Shown here piece by piece: positions 44,772 through 55,300 of a stretch of DNA of 64,000 bases (positions are counted from its first letter, which is position 1; the number at the start of each line of letters is the position of its first letter). The stretch spans positions 705,764 to 769,763 of the forward strand of contig CAJOIT010000003.1 of assembly GCA_905234755.1 (NCBI GenBank), read 5' to 3'. The translations under genes and the position numbers were made by a program. The notes below the pieces were generated by a model. It saw nothing but the letters and a program-made list of their open reading frames with translations, did not search any database and was not told the DNA's origin. This stretch comes from an uncultured Bacteroidales bacterium. Its GTDB lineage: Bacteria; Bacteroidota; Bacteroidia; Bacteroidales; ML635J-15.

Positions 44772-45473
44772 CTACTCGTCCTTTACACAACGCACAGAAA
44801 AGCCATCGCTTTTGCTACTGTAGTTTGACACAATGCCAGCATAATTGTAGTATATGTATCTATAATAGGCATTGCCACTATAATATTCGTATTCAGTTGC
44901 CGACCAGAAATATGCAAAAGACGCAAAGTTTCCGTATACTTTTCCATCGAAGCTACCTGAAGGCAATACCGAAAAACCTGATTTTCCAAATGATGAGTTT
45001 CGTTCGAGAGAACCATCATTCCATAGTTCTGCCTTGGCAGCTAGCTGTGAACCAACATTTTCACCGCCCAATGCAGTCTTTAGTTGCTTCCAATCCGAAT
45101 TTGTTGGCAAATGCCAACCACTTGGACAAGCCTTTTCAGCTGCATACCAGTTGTACAAATATCCATACTGAGCAACATTCTCTGCATTGCCATTCGGATA
45201 ATACACATGAGGCTTGTTACTCTTTGATGTACCAATTGGTATATCCTTGGAATAGCGAAGGTTTTCCGCCATCCATACTTTGTTTCCAATCTTTACTGTG
45301 CGGTACGAATTTCCATCACGAGAATCAACAAACCTGCCAGTATCTCCAACTGGAACATACGATGAATACTTCTGAGAAATACTATCTGAAATGTTTATTC
45401 CACACAAAGCATCTGCGGCACATACAAACATACCGACCAACACGAGTAATATATATGGAACAAACCTTTTCAT
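44772..45473 (-). CDS. Fibrobacter succinogenes major paralogous (FISUMP) domain protein
   Basis: Signal peptide. FVDSRDGNSYRTVKIGNKVWMAENL, GYLYNWYAA, CPSGWHLPT and FWSATE (TIGR02145-type pattern). Confidence 0.85.
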   Translation of the reverse strand: MKRFVPYILLVLVGMFVCAADALCGINISDSISQKYSSYVPVGDTGRFVDSRDGNSYRTVKIGNKVWMAENLRYSKDIPIGTSKSNKPHVYYPNGNAENVAQYGYLYNWYAAEKACPSGWHLPTNSDWKQLKTALGGENVGSQLAAKAELWNDGSLERNSSFGKSGFSVLPSGSFDGKVYGNFASFAYFWSATEYEYYSGNAYYRYIYYNYAGIVSNYSSKSDGFSVRCVKDE

Positions 45474-45490
45474 ACTATGTGAATATCTTG

Positions 45491-45498
45491 CAAATTTA
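45491..45498 (-). promoter_or_regulatory. Bacteroidota -7 promoter box (TAnnTTTG)
   Basis: The minus strand reads TAAATTTG, 17 nt upstream of the ATG at 45473. Confidence 0.45.
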
Positions 45499-45561
45499 AT
45501 TTAATTATCGAAATAAAATACAAAAAATCAATTTTATTTTATCTGGGAGCAAGAAAAACAA

Positions 45562-46788
45562 TTAATTTGCTGTTGTACAATCAAGAGATAGCACCTTATG
45601 ATATAAGTTTTCGGCATCATTATCGCCATAAAACTCAATGAGCCTAGCAACCGCTATTTCTATTTCTTCGGGCGGATAGATTGTGGATTCCGAAAAAGTA
45701 TTCAGGAAGCGAATCATAAAAAACACATCGAACTTTGTGAACATGCGCTTTACAAAACTTTTTCGGTCTGAGGTATTTTTACGGCACTCATCTACCAGAA
45801 CTTTGAATTTCTGTTCACCGACAAAATCAATCACCTCAGTTGGAACAGGAAAATCTCCAACATATAGATTTGGAAATGCCGAATAAAAATCCTTGAGCAA
45901 CAAAAACAATCCAAAATTATACACCTTACACGAACTTGTCTCTATTATTTTCTTAACGGAACGACCTGTGCCAAATGGAACTCGCTCGGATACAGATGGT
46001 GCTGGAAAAACAATCGGTTCGTCAACTGATACCACATTTGACTGCAATGCCAGTTTCTGCAAGAAATAAAAATCCTCGCCAGCCTGCCTACGCGCCATCC
46101 CTCCCATTTTTGCGTATGCTTCTGTCGTAACAGCAAAGCACGAACCTATGGTATGAAGACATTGTGGGATTCCAGCAACTTTCTGTGCCAAACGAAAATA
46201 GCGCAAGTACATCTCATATCTACGGCAAGCATCTATCTCCTGCTTAGAGTACAATGTCTCATCAAAATTATGCTGAAACTGCAAAGTGCAGGCATTCGGT
46301 CTGTCTTTTGAAATACAAAATCGCTCGTATATCTTTGTGAAATAATATTTTGAAACAAGACAATCGGAATCGAGCGAAACAATTATGCCATGTGGGTTTT
46401 CTATTGAAGCAAAGCGCCAAACTGCCTCGTCCATGCCAATCTTGCGGGCGTTGCCAACACCTGCAATCTTGTGCGGCACACCTTCTAATATATATGGTAA
46501 AAGTTTAAAGTTGGAATGCTTTCCACTAGTTTGTAAAAGTTCTGCATATATGTGCCTGTTTTTCTCAACAATGGCTTCACTAGTGTCCTCGGCAGAATTG
46601 ACAACAACTATCACTTCAACCGAACATTGTGGCTTATAGGCAGAATCAAGCGACTGCAAAGTCTTGAAAACGAACTCGTCATCATAGCATGGTATAACAA
46701 CAATAATCCCCGTATCGCTGCGGGGATTATCGTTAAATATCTTTGGTGCTACAGAGTACCTTGCGGTATATGCCTCTGCAAAATTCAT
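45562..46788 (-). CDS. Glycosyltransferase family 2-like protein
   Basis: 408 aa. GIIVVIPCYDDEFVFKTLQSL, VEVIVVVNSAEDTS, and SLDSDC (DxD). Confidence 0.7.
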   Translation of the reverse strand: MNFAEAYTARYSVAPKIFNDNPRSDTGIIVVIPCYDDEFVFKTLQSLDSAYKPQCSVEVIVVVNSAEDTSEAIVEKNRHIYAELLQTSGKHSNFKLLPYILEGVPHKIAGVGNARKIGMDEAVWRFASIENPHGIIVSLDSDCLVSKYYFTKIYERFCISKDRPNACTLQFQHNFDETLYSKQEIDACRRYEMYLRYFRLAQKVAGIPQCLHTIGSCFAVTTEAYAKMGGMARRQAGEDFYFLQKLALQSNVVSVDEPIVFPAPSVSERVPFGTGRSVKKIIETSSCKVYNFGLFLLLKDFYSAFPNLYVGDFPVPTEVIDFVGEQKFKVLVDECRKNTSDRKSFVKRMFTKFDVFFMIRFLNTFSESTIYPPEEIEIAVARLIEFYGDNDAENLYHKVLSLDCTTAN

Positions 46789-46791
46789 GAG

Positions 46792-47631
46792 TTATTCTGT
46801 TTTGGTATCATTTTCAAGAATACCGCCATAACGCTGGTTGAGCTTTGCAACTACATCTGCAGTTATGTTCATGCCTGGCTGTGAATATACAACAGTAACT
46901 CCTCCCATGTTACCAAGAATAACTTTGTAACGGCCTTCAGCATAAATGTTTACAAAATTAATTACCGAGTCGTATATTTCTTGATTCATAGCGCTTTGCT
47001 TTTCAAGGAGCTGGGAAGAAAGAGTTGCCTGCAAGTTTTCAATAGCAGCCTGTTCCTTTTCGAGTTCGCTCTGCTGAGCCTGCTGGCTGGCTGCACTCAG
47101 GAACATTCCTGTACGAGCCTTTTCCATATAAGCATTATACATGCTTTCAAACTTCTTCATACGCGACTGAATGGTTCCCTCTGCCTTCTTCTGCTCCATT
47201 GCAAGGTCTTCCTGCAACTTTATGGCATAGTTATAAGTAAGCAACAATGTATCAAGGTCAATATAAGCAATATCACTAGCTTCTGCATCACCTACAGGCT
47301 TGTCAAAAACAGTTTCCTCAACTTTTGGTTCTTCTGTAGAAGCATTTTTCGGGCTAATCACACCCGTAAACATTAAAACGAAAAGTATGATTGCAGCAAG
47401 ACCTAAAATCATTCCGCACAAACCTACGCACATTCCACAGTTGCATTTCTTAGGCTTTGCTTCGCATGATTCGTAAGTCGGTTCTTGCTCTACTTGCTGT
47501 TCATCTACATGCTGTTCCGGTTCCTGTGGTTGTTCCGGCTCTGCCTTTTCACCATGAATTTCCCTTTCTATCTGCGCTATCTGCTCCTCAACACTCGGCA
47601 AATGCTTTTCTTCGTTATTGAAATCTTCCAT
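46792..47631 (-). CDS. OmpH/Skp-like protein with acidic N-terminal extension and Cys-rich TM anchor
   Basis: 279 aa. The C-terminal 170 aa match the OmpH pattern (IAYIDLDTLL...KAEGTIQSRMKKFE...VILGN). The N-terminus is E/Q-rich and is followed by KKCNCGMCVGLCGMILGLAAIILFVL. Confidence 0.65.
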   Translation of the reverse strand: MEDFNNEEKHLPSVEEQIAQIEREIHGEKAEPEQPQEPEQHVDEQQVEQEPTYESCEAKPKKCNCGMCVGLCGMILGLAAIILFVLMFTGVISPKNASTEEPKVEETVFDKPVGDAEASDIAYIDLDTLLLTYNYAIKLQEDLAMEQKKAEGTIQSRMKKFESMYNAYMEKARTGMFLSAASQQAQQSELEKEQAAIENLQATLSSQLLEKQSAMNQEIYDSVINFVNIYAEGRYKVILGNMGGVTVVYSQPGMNITADVVAKLNQRYGGILENDTKTE

Positions 47632-47657
47632 TTTATTTTCGTTTTAATAAATCCGTG

Positions 47658-47665
47658 CAAAGTTA
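47658..47665 (-). promoter_or_regulatory. Bacteroidota -7 promoter box (TAnnTTTG)
   Basis: The minus strand reads TAACTTTG, 26 nt upstream of the ATG at 47631. Confidence 0.45.
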
Positions 47666-47726
47666 AAGTTATTTTTTTGCAACTGGAATATACTACACAA
47701 CTTTTAATTTAATTTTATGATAACAA

Positions 47727-50144
47727 CTAAAATTTGATAACAATTTTCAAGTTCGGGCGAATTCCTGTAAGATACGATGGCACTGCATATTCCCTGCCAC
47801 GAATATCGGTAATCCAAGTGTGTGAAATTTCATTCTTGGTGTTCAGCAAGTTGAAAACCTCAAGCGAAATCCAGAAATCCTTTATCCAATCAGCTTTCTT
47901 GAAATTAAACTGCTTAGAGATTCCGAAATCCACGCGTCTGTATGCCTTCATGCGACCTGTTGCCATATAGCGTTCCGAATTTGGTGGTCCGTACGGAAGC
48001 CCTGTGCCCAAATGCAAACTAAGAAAAACCTTCCAAGTCGGAGCCTTGGGTATGTAGTCCTGGAAGAAAATTCCAAAATTCACAAGCTGATCGGTCGGAC
48101 GAGGAATGTATCCCGGATATACAGTATCTACAACACCTTCAACGGTTTGAGTATAAAAATCATTTTCAATGTCCTCGTATGTACGCATCAAGCCGAGGCT
48201 AATCCACGATTCGGTTCCCGGCACAAACTCACCATTGACCTTTGCCTCCAACCCGTATGCATAACCATGTGCAATATTTTCACCGTAATATTTTATCTGC
48301 ACATTATCGACATTGTAAGGATTCAGATTATACATATATTTATAATATGCCTCGGCAACCAACTTGAATGGGCGTCCCCAAGCGAGGAAATTATAGTCCA
48401 TACCGACAACCGCCTGCACGGATGACTGCGCCTTAATGTTTTCGTTAAGTGTTCCATCGTTGATTCTACGGGCTTCCTTAATCGTTGGCGGCTGATGATA
48501 AAGTCCTGTTGCAAAACGGAATACGAAATCCTGCTTCCATGTTTTGGGCTTTACGCTAAAATTAAGGCGCGGACTTGCAAGGAACTGCTTGTTAAAAGTC
48601 CAGTAGTTCAGTCGCACGCCACCACCCAACGACATTTCAGCTGCATCGGTCTTGAACATATACGAATCCTGAATGTATGCCGATGCCCGTACACTTTGCA
48701 ATCCTATATTGGCAATGTCAGTCTGGTACAAAAACACCATGTTATCGGAATACGGCAACGAATAGTCAGCCGAATCGTTCATCGTCCATTCGTGCACCTT
48801 ATACGAATAATTTTCGTAATTGGTTTGCACGCCCCAGTCCAACTTGTTCTCACCTTTGAGAAATGTTCCAATGTGCTTTGCCGAAATTACATATCCTTCG
48901 TAGTAATTGCGGGCATGGTCAAGAAAAGAACCTACACCTATATTAGATACGCTATCCCCTGTTGTCTCACCAAGCTGCTGGTCAATTTCGTTTAGATAAT
49001 ACTGGGCAAGTATGTCGTATGTCTCCGCCTCATTGGTATAGTATCCTGATGCTATGAATTTGAGGCTCAAATTGTTGCTTGGAGAATAAATTGCCGACAA
49101 TGCAGCTGTTCCGTTGTTAAACTTATCCACTTCCTGACCTTCGAAATAAGTTCTAACCTTTAACGCATCACTGACTGTTCCGAACGATGTTTCACCGTCA
49201 AGAGGAATATACTTGTACTTGTTGTTGCTGTAGTTTCCTAAAAAATTGAGTTCCAACTTTTCGCTAACAGTATATACAAGATATGCCTGTCCATCTATGT
49301 AAGATGGGTCATAATGGCCGGAAACATCCATAGATGTTAACAAATATCTTGATGTCTTGTACCTTACACCGAGATTGTAGCGGAAAAGATGGTTTTTGCT
49401 TGTTCCCTCGACATGGGCATTTGCGCCAAGCAAACTAACCATTATCGATGCCCCGAACTCGGTTGGTTTCTTATATTTTATATCAAGTACCGATGACATT
49501 TTGTCGCCATACTTTGATTCGAAAGCTCCAGCCGAGAACAAAATCGACGAAACCATATCGGAATTTATGAAACTAAGTCCCTCCTGCTGTCCCGAACGGA
49601 TAAGCTGAGGACGATAAATCTCCACATCGTTCACAAAGACAAGGTTCTCATCGAAGTTACCGCCACGCACATTGTACTGCGAACTAAGTTCGTTGTTTGA
49701 CGACACCGATGGCAAAGCCTTCAGTATGTCCTCAAAGCCACCTGTTGTTGGTATCTTCATGGAAATCTGTGGGTTAAGTCGCGTACCAGACACATGTCTT
49801 TCGCTTGTAGCCCCAATATCGGCAGTAGGAAGCATAACTGCACCTTCGGTAAGTATTGCCGTAACTTGCTTACGCTCATTCGGTTTCAAGTTGACTTTCT
49901 GCGTAAAGGGTTCATAGCCAAGGAAAGATATTTGTATCTCAACATCCTTACCTGATGGAACGCTCAACTCGAAATAACCGGATGCATCAGTTGTTGTTCC
50001 TGCATTAGAACCAACAACCATCACATTGGCAAATTCGACAGGTTTCTTGTTTGCATCGCGGACATAACCGAAATAGGTGGCATTCTGCGAAAACGCCACA
50101 CAAGCGACAAATGTCAGCAACAATACAAGTAAAAACCTACGCAT
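47727..50144 (-). CDS. TonB-dependent receptor-like outer-membrane protein with carboxypeptidase-regulatory-like N-domain
   Basis: 805 aa. Signal peptide, CarboxypepD_reg segment (YFGYVRDANKKPVEFANVMV...GYFEL), plug-like region, and a beta-barrel ending LKIVIKF. Confidence 0.8.
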   Translation of the reverse strand: MRRFLLVLLLTFVACVAFSQNATYFGYVRDANKKPVEFANVMVVGSNAGTTTDASGYFELSVPSGKDVEIQISFLGYEPFTQKVNLKPNERKQVTAILTEGAVMLPTADIGATSERHVSGTRLNPQISMKIPTTGGFEDILKALPSVSSNNELSSQYNVRGGNFDENLVFVNDVEIYRPQLIRSGQQEGLSFINSDMVSSILFSAGAFESKYGDKMSSVLDIKYKKPTEFGASIMVSLLGANAHVEGTSKNHLFRYNLGVRYKTSRYLLTSMDVSGHYDPSYIDGQAYLVYTVSEKLELNFLGNYSNNKYKYIPLDGETSFGTVSDALKVRTYFEGQEVDKFNNGTAALSAIYSPSNNLSLKFIASGYYTNEAETYDILAQYYLNEIDQQLGETTGDSVSNIGVGSFLDHARNYYEGYVISAKHIGTFLKGENKLDWGVQTNYENYSYKVHEWTMNDSADYSLPYSDNMVFLYQTDIANIGLQSVRASAYIQDSYMFKTDAAEMSLGGGVRLNYWTFNKQFLASPRLNFSVKPKTWKQDFVFRFATGLYHQPPTIKEARRINDGTLNENIKAQSSVQAVVGMDYNFLAWGRPFKLVAEAYYKYMYNLNPYNVDNVQIKYYGENIAHGYAYGLEAKVNGEFVPGTESWISLGLMRTYEDIENDFYTQTVEGVVDTVYPGYIPRPTDQLVNFGIFFQDYIPKAPTWKVFLSLHLGTGLPYGPPNSERYMATGRMKAYRRVDFGISKQFNFKKADWIKDFWISLEVFNLLNTKNEISHTWITDIRGREYAVPSYLTGIRPNLKIVIKF

Positions 50145-50171
50145 ATTCCCTATAACTCAAACAAACACTTT

Positions 50172-52262
50172 TTATTGTTTGGCCTCGCTGTTTAGTTCGG
50201 GATATTCAATCCTTGAATGGTAAATGTTCTCTATCTTGGAAATCAGAATTTGCTTTGCCTTGCCAATCTGCTTCATAGTTATGTCAACATCATCGTACTG
50301 ACCGTCCTTAAACTGCGCCTCAACAATATTGTTCACAAGTGCAGAAATAGACTCATGCGAGTAAACCTTCAAGGTCCTTGCTGCCGCTTCAACGGAATCG
50401 GCCATCATAGTTGCAATTAGCTCCACCGACTGCGGTTTGGGGCCTGCATATTGAAATTTTGAAATATCAGGAGTCTTGTCGGGATTCGCATTTTTCCACG
50501 AATAGTAGAAATAGCGCGTCAACGATGTACCTTGATGCTGTTCAATGAAATCTACTATCTGCGGTGGCAACTTGTATTTCTTTGCCAACTCAACGCCCTT
50601 GCTTACATGCGCAATAATCATTTGTGCCGATTCCTCGAAAGGAAGTCCTTCGTGAATGTTTGTACCACCATTCTGGTTCTCAATAAAATACTCTGGAGCG
50701 TAAGTTTTGCCAATGTCGTGATACAATGCTCCAGCGCGAGCCAACAATGGCTTCCCTCCTATTTCGCGCACTATTGCCTCGGACAAATTCGACAGCATCA
50801 CCGAATGCTGGAATGTTCCAGGTGCCTTTTCCGACAACTCGCGCAATGCCTCGTTGTTGGTATCGCAAAGTTCCACCAATGTAAAGCCGGAAATAAAACC
50901 GAAAATCTTCTCGAATATGAAGACAAACGGCAGATACAAAAGCAACATCGCAGATGAAATGCCATAATACATGAATTCCTCCAGTTCCTGTTCGGAGAAT
51001 GTACCAAGCCGCATCAGCGAGAACCCCGTATGTAGCAGCGCGTATGCTATAAACACGACAATCATGCTGATAAATATCTGCTGACGCTTTGATGTGTTGC
51101 GCAAACTAAACATACCTATCAATCCTGCAATTGTCTGTATGAAAACAAATTCGAACCTGTTTACAGCGAAGAAACTTACTACAAAAATTGTTATAAGGTA
51201 AATAAGGAACGAAATGTCAAAATCGATGAAAGTCACCAGTAGTAGCGGCACAAGTGCAAACGGAACAATATTAATACTTACTGTCGAATACTTGAAAACA
51301 AGGAATGTCACAAGGAAAAGCAGAAGCATGAGCGAAAGTACAAACACATTTTCAGTAATGCCCCATTTTTTCTTTCTGCCGAACTTGAGCGAATAATACA
51401 GTATGTTAGCAAAAAGAATCAGAAATACTATCAATACGCCAAGCTCCACCAACCAGAATGACTTTCGTCCCGTGGTGTTCTCGAATTGCATCTTGTACGA
51501 ATCGAGCAGAAGTTTGGAATGATCGTCAACCATCTTGCCTTTCGAGATAATCAGTTCTCCCTTATGCACCATGCCCGACATTGGGGAAACAGCCCCCAAC
51601 CTATCCTGCAGATACAATTCGTTCAAATCCTCATCAATAGCCAAATTTACAACAAACTCCGTCTTGGAGATAAGGTCTCTTACAACAAAACCAGACATAG
51701 AGTCGGCTTCATAAATATTGGAAAAACTATTGTATATGTCACGGATTTCCGATTTTGCAGATTCTTTAGTGTAAAAATTGTCGACAAGTTCAAATTCACT
51801 TACATTATTCTTTACAACACGAATTTTATTTCCCGCATTTTTGTATTCCGCAAGTAACGATGGCTGAATAACGCCTCTCTTGTATATAGCAATAAGTTTG
51901 CTTTGGAACGCATCTGTAAACGACAAAACCTCATTTTCTGCAATGTGAAGTTTTTCGCTGGTTGCTTTTTCAACAAGACCTCTATATGACGAAATGAAAT
52001 TCAATGGCGCAATCGTATCAAACTTATAGTATGGTATGAAATCCGCAACAATGCTATCTTTTTCCGCCTGTACATCTTCCTGGGAGCGACATATAGCAAA
52101 GTCGTACGGAGCATATAAATCATCATATAGCCATTGTGTACCTTTGTCGTATGAATATTCAAACTGGTTTTCGGTCGGGAAAATAAATACGGATGCAGCA
52201 ACACTAACCGCGTACAGCAATATTATGATTATCAGTTTATTTTTGTTTTTCATCTTTCGCAA
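50172..52262 (-). CDS. 7TM-receptor HD/HDIG phosphohydrolase (PgpH-like)
   Basis: 696 aa. Extracellular N-domain, a 7-TM block, and a C-terminal HD domain (HSVMLSNL, LYHDIGK, IIAHV). Confidence 0.85.
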   Translation of the reverse strand: MRKMKNKNKLIIIILLYAVSVAASVFIFPTENQFEYSYDKGTQWLYDDLYAPYDFAICRSQEDVQAEKDSIVADFIPYYKFDTIAPLNFISSYRGLVEKATSEKLHIAENEVLSFTDAFQSKLIAIYKRGVIQPSLLAEYKNAGNKIRVVKNNVSEFELVDNFYTKESAKSEIRDIYNSFSNIYEADSMSGFVVRDLISKTEFVVNLAIDEDLNELYLQDRLGAVSPMSGMVHKGELIISKGKMVDDHSKLLLDSYKMQFENTTGRKSFWLVELGVLIVFLILFANILYYSLKFGRKKKWGITENVFVLSLMLLLFLVTFLVFKYSTVSINIVPFALVPLLLVTFIDFDISFLIYLITIFVVSFFAVNRFEFVFIQTIAGLIGMFSLRNTSKRQQIFISMIVVFIAYALLHTGFSLMRLGTFSEQELEEFMYYGISSAMLLLYLPFVFIFEKIFGFISGFTLVELCDTNNEALRELSEKAPGTFQHSVMLSNLSEAIVREIGGKPLLARAGALYHDIGKTYAPEYFIENQNGGTNIHEGLPFEESAQMIIAHVSKGVELAKKYKLPPQIVDFIEQHQGTSLTRYFYYSWKNANPDKTPDISKFQYAGPKPQSVELIATMMADSVEAAARTLKVYSHESISALVNNIVEAQFKDGQYDDVDITMKQIGKAKQILISKIENIYHSRIEYPELNSEAKQ

Positions 52263-52289
52263 TTATAAAACGCCGTAAAGGTAATAAAT

Positions 52290-52310
52290 ATTTACGACTT
52301 TCGATTGACG
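52290..52310. repeat. Intergenic short-word element (TTACGA/CGATTGACG family)
   Basis: ATTTACGACTTTCGATTGACG shares an 11-mer and a 9-mer with 11659-11695. Confidence 0.6.
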
Positions 52311-52315
52311 CACAC

Positions 52316-52343
52316 AAAAAAAGGGCGAAACCGCCCTTTTTTT
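52316..52343 (-). terminator. Intrinsic terminator (GC hairpin flanked by A7/T7)
   Basis: AAAAAAA-GGGCG-AAAC-CGCCC-TTTTTTT, just downstream of the stop at 52364 on the minus strand. Confidence 0.8.
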
Positions 52344-52363
52344 CTTATAAGATTTAACTTGGT

Positions 52364-55300
52364 CTATTTGAAAGCATTTTCGCTAAGACCCTTTCCACTG
52401 AGAGCAAGGTCCTTCATGTAGCTAGGAACTGGTTTGCCAAGATACTTGTCTACATAAATCTTTGCAAGATATTGACCGAGCATAAATCCATGTCCACGCA
52501 AACCTGTCAGCATACCGACTTCCGGATCAACAATGTAGCGTGGTTCCATATAGTAGCCAGCCCATACGGCATGGAAACCAACCGATGCAAGGTTCGGAAT
52601 CCAGTCAGCAAATACTTCGCTTACAATCTCAAGGAATTCCTTGCTGTTGTACTTCAGGTTCTGGCGAGCTTCGAAAGCATCACAATCAGGAGAAGCACAA
52701 CCTATTATCTGCCCAGTATGCAAGAACTGCTGTCCATATACCGCACTGAATCCCTTGTAATGACGACGGTCAATTATCATATCGAGCGAATCGCCAGCCT
52801 TACCGAGATTTGGCAGACGCCTTGTAATAAATGCCTGATGCTTAACTGGATACAACTGAGTGTCGATACCTAGCATATCGGTAAATTTCTCTGCACCCCA
52901 ACCAAGCGAATTGACAAAATGCTCGCATGTGAACTCAACAAACTGCTTGTCGTGTGTACGAACGAGAGCAACGAACTTATCTCCGTTCTTGTATACCGAC
53001 AGCAATTCGCAATCTTCCATCAGACGACCGCCATTCTGAACAGCAATGCTTCTTACATAGTCGATTGTACGACCAGGAGTTGCCTGCCAGCAGTTGTTTG
53101 AAATGAGAGCATGGCTATATACATTGCTGTCCATATTCCACAATGGAGAAATCTCGTTGCGGAAGTCCTTCTTTTCAATCATATAGGCATCACTCCATGC
53201 ACGCGAAGCATCAAGAGCCTTATATGTAGCATCATCATGTACGAGATTTACATACTTGGTCATCTTGAAGTCGATATTGTGAACCGACTGTATTTCCTTG
53301 AAAATTTCAAGGTTATGATTTGCAATATCGGAAATGTCTGGATTCGAGAATGCAGGACGACCACCACCGATGCAACGCCATGATGAACCACGGTCGTAGT
53401 TAATCAATACTGGCTTCATTCCTGCCTCTGCAAAGTAACGGAATGCAGCACTACCAGCCATACCACCACCAGCAACCAAAACCTTTACCTCTTCCTTGCG
53501 AACATCGTGACCTTTCGGGAATACATAAACTTCCTTTGCATTAGGATTATAAAGGTCACCCAAAGTAACCTGATTTGCTAATGGAGCACGCGGTGACGAT
53601 TCACCAACCAATTCTATTCCATGTGCGCGTAAAATCTGACGGGCGCGCGATACACAGCGTTTGCCACGGCAAGGTCCCATACCCATACGGGTAATATGCT
53701 TCAACTCATCTACTGATATGTATTTGCGGTCACCTATTACATTAAGTATGGTCTTTATGTCAACATCTTCGCAATGGCAAACATACATTTCGCTATCTAC
53801 ATCATGCAAGCCCTTAAACTCCAATGGTTTCGGATAGCGTTCCTTGAGAATGAAACCTCTTGCAGCTGTAAGTTGTTCGCCCGAAATAGTAGTAGCCTTC
53901 ACACGAACCACATGAGTCTTGTTTTCCTTGCGCAAAACCTTCTCGATGACTCCCTCGCCAACTGGTTTTCCATTGTTGTCAACAAGGAATACATCCTTAC
54001 CTTCTTCTACATCATATTCAACAGGCAGGAATAGCGTATTCTTGTTCAAGTCGTAACCGAAAATTGCAAGTCCCGGGCAATGGTTTACGCACTGCATACA
54101 GCCAATACACTTGTTGTAATCAACAACTGGAGTTGTATTTGTGCTAGACTTTGTGATTGCGCCCTGCGGACATGAGAACGAACAAGGATTACATGCGAAA
54201 CCATACAGACAGTCGAGTTGAACAAATGGCTTTTCGTGCATACGGGCATTTTCCGGCAGATTCGGCTTGTCAAGTACACGAACCGGATGTTGCTGAGAGT
54301 CAATATACTGACGAGAAATCTCAAGATATTCGTCATAATTGATGCGAATACCAAGATTCTGAGCAACTTCGTAAGCAACCTGCTTTCCACGCAATACAGC
54401 GCTTGTACCCTCGCCTATGCGTACTGCATCGCCACAACCGTATGTGTTTAGACCGAATACATGTTTTCCCTTTGTCAAAATCTGGTCATCGGGAACAAGA
54501 CCTGTACATATATTAATAATGTCAATATCATCAATAATCTTTTCTGTACCTGGAATCGGCTTGAAGTTCTTGCATTCGGCAATGACAGCGCCCTTTATTC
54601 CTGTATAATCGTCATTCGGAATTGCCTTCAGCAATATATGGGAAGTAAGAATAGGAATACCAAGACGGCGCACACGGTTTGCCTGTACAGGGAAACCGCC
54701 TTCGTGGTCCATACCCTCGATGATAGCCTTGATTTCGGCACCAGCCTGCATTCCCTGATACGATGTCAAGTAGCCAATGTTTCCTGCACCGACTGTGAGA
54801 ACTCGCTTACCGAGCAAGGTATTTTCCTGATTCATCATCTTCTGGAAAACTGCTGCAGTATAAACGCCAGGAACATCATCGTTTTCGAATACCGGCATGA
54901 AAGGCACTGCACCTGTTGCCACTACAAGATGCTCAGCATCTACATAACTTATTTCCTGATTTACTACATTCTTCAATGCTATGCGCTTGCCTTCGAGCAA
55001 ATCCCATACAGTATTGTTGAGCAATATGCCATCATGGTTGTCACCAGCAAGAGTCTTTGCTATATCGAAGCCACGCATTCCACCAAATTTCTTTTCCTTC
55101 TCGAAGAAGAAGAACTGGTGTGTCTGCATATTGAACTGTCCACCAATGGATGCATTATTGTCGATTACGAGATTTGGAATACCAAGTTCATTAAGTTTTT
55201 CACGGCATGCAAGTCCTGCTGGTCCTGCACCTATTATGGCGACTGTCGTCTTATGAATCTTTACTTCTTTCTGTGGATTTGCCTCTACACCCGGGCAATA

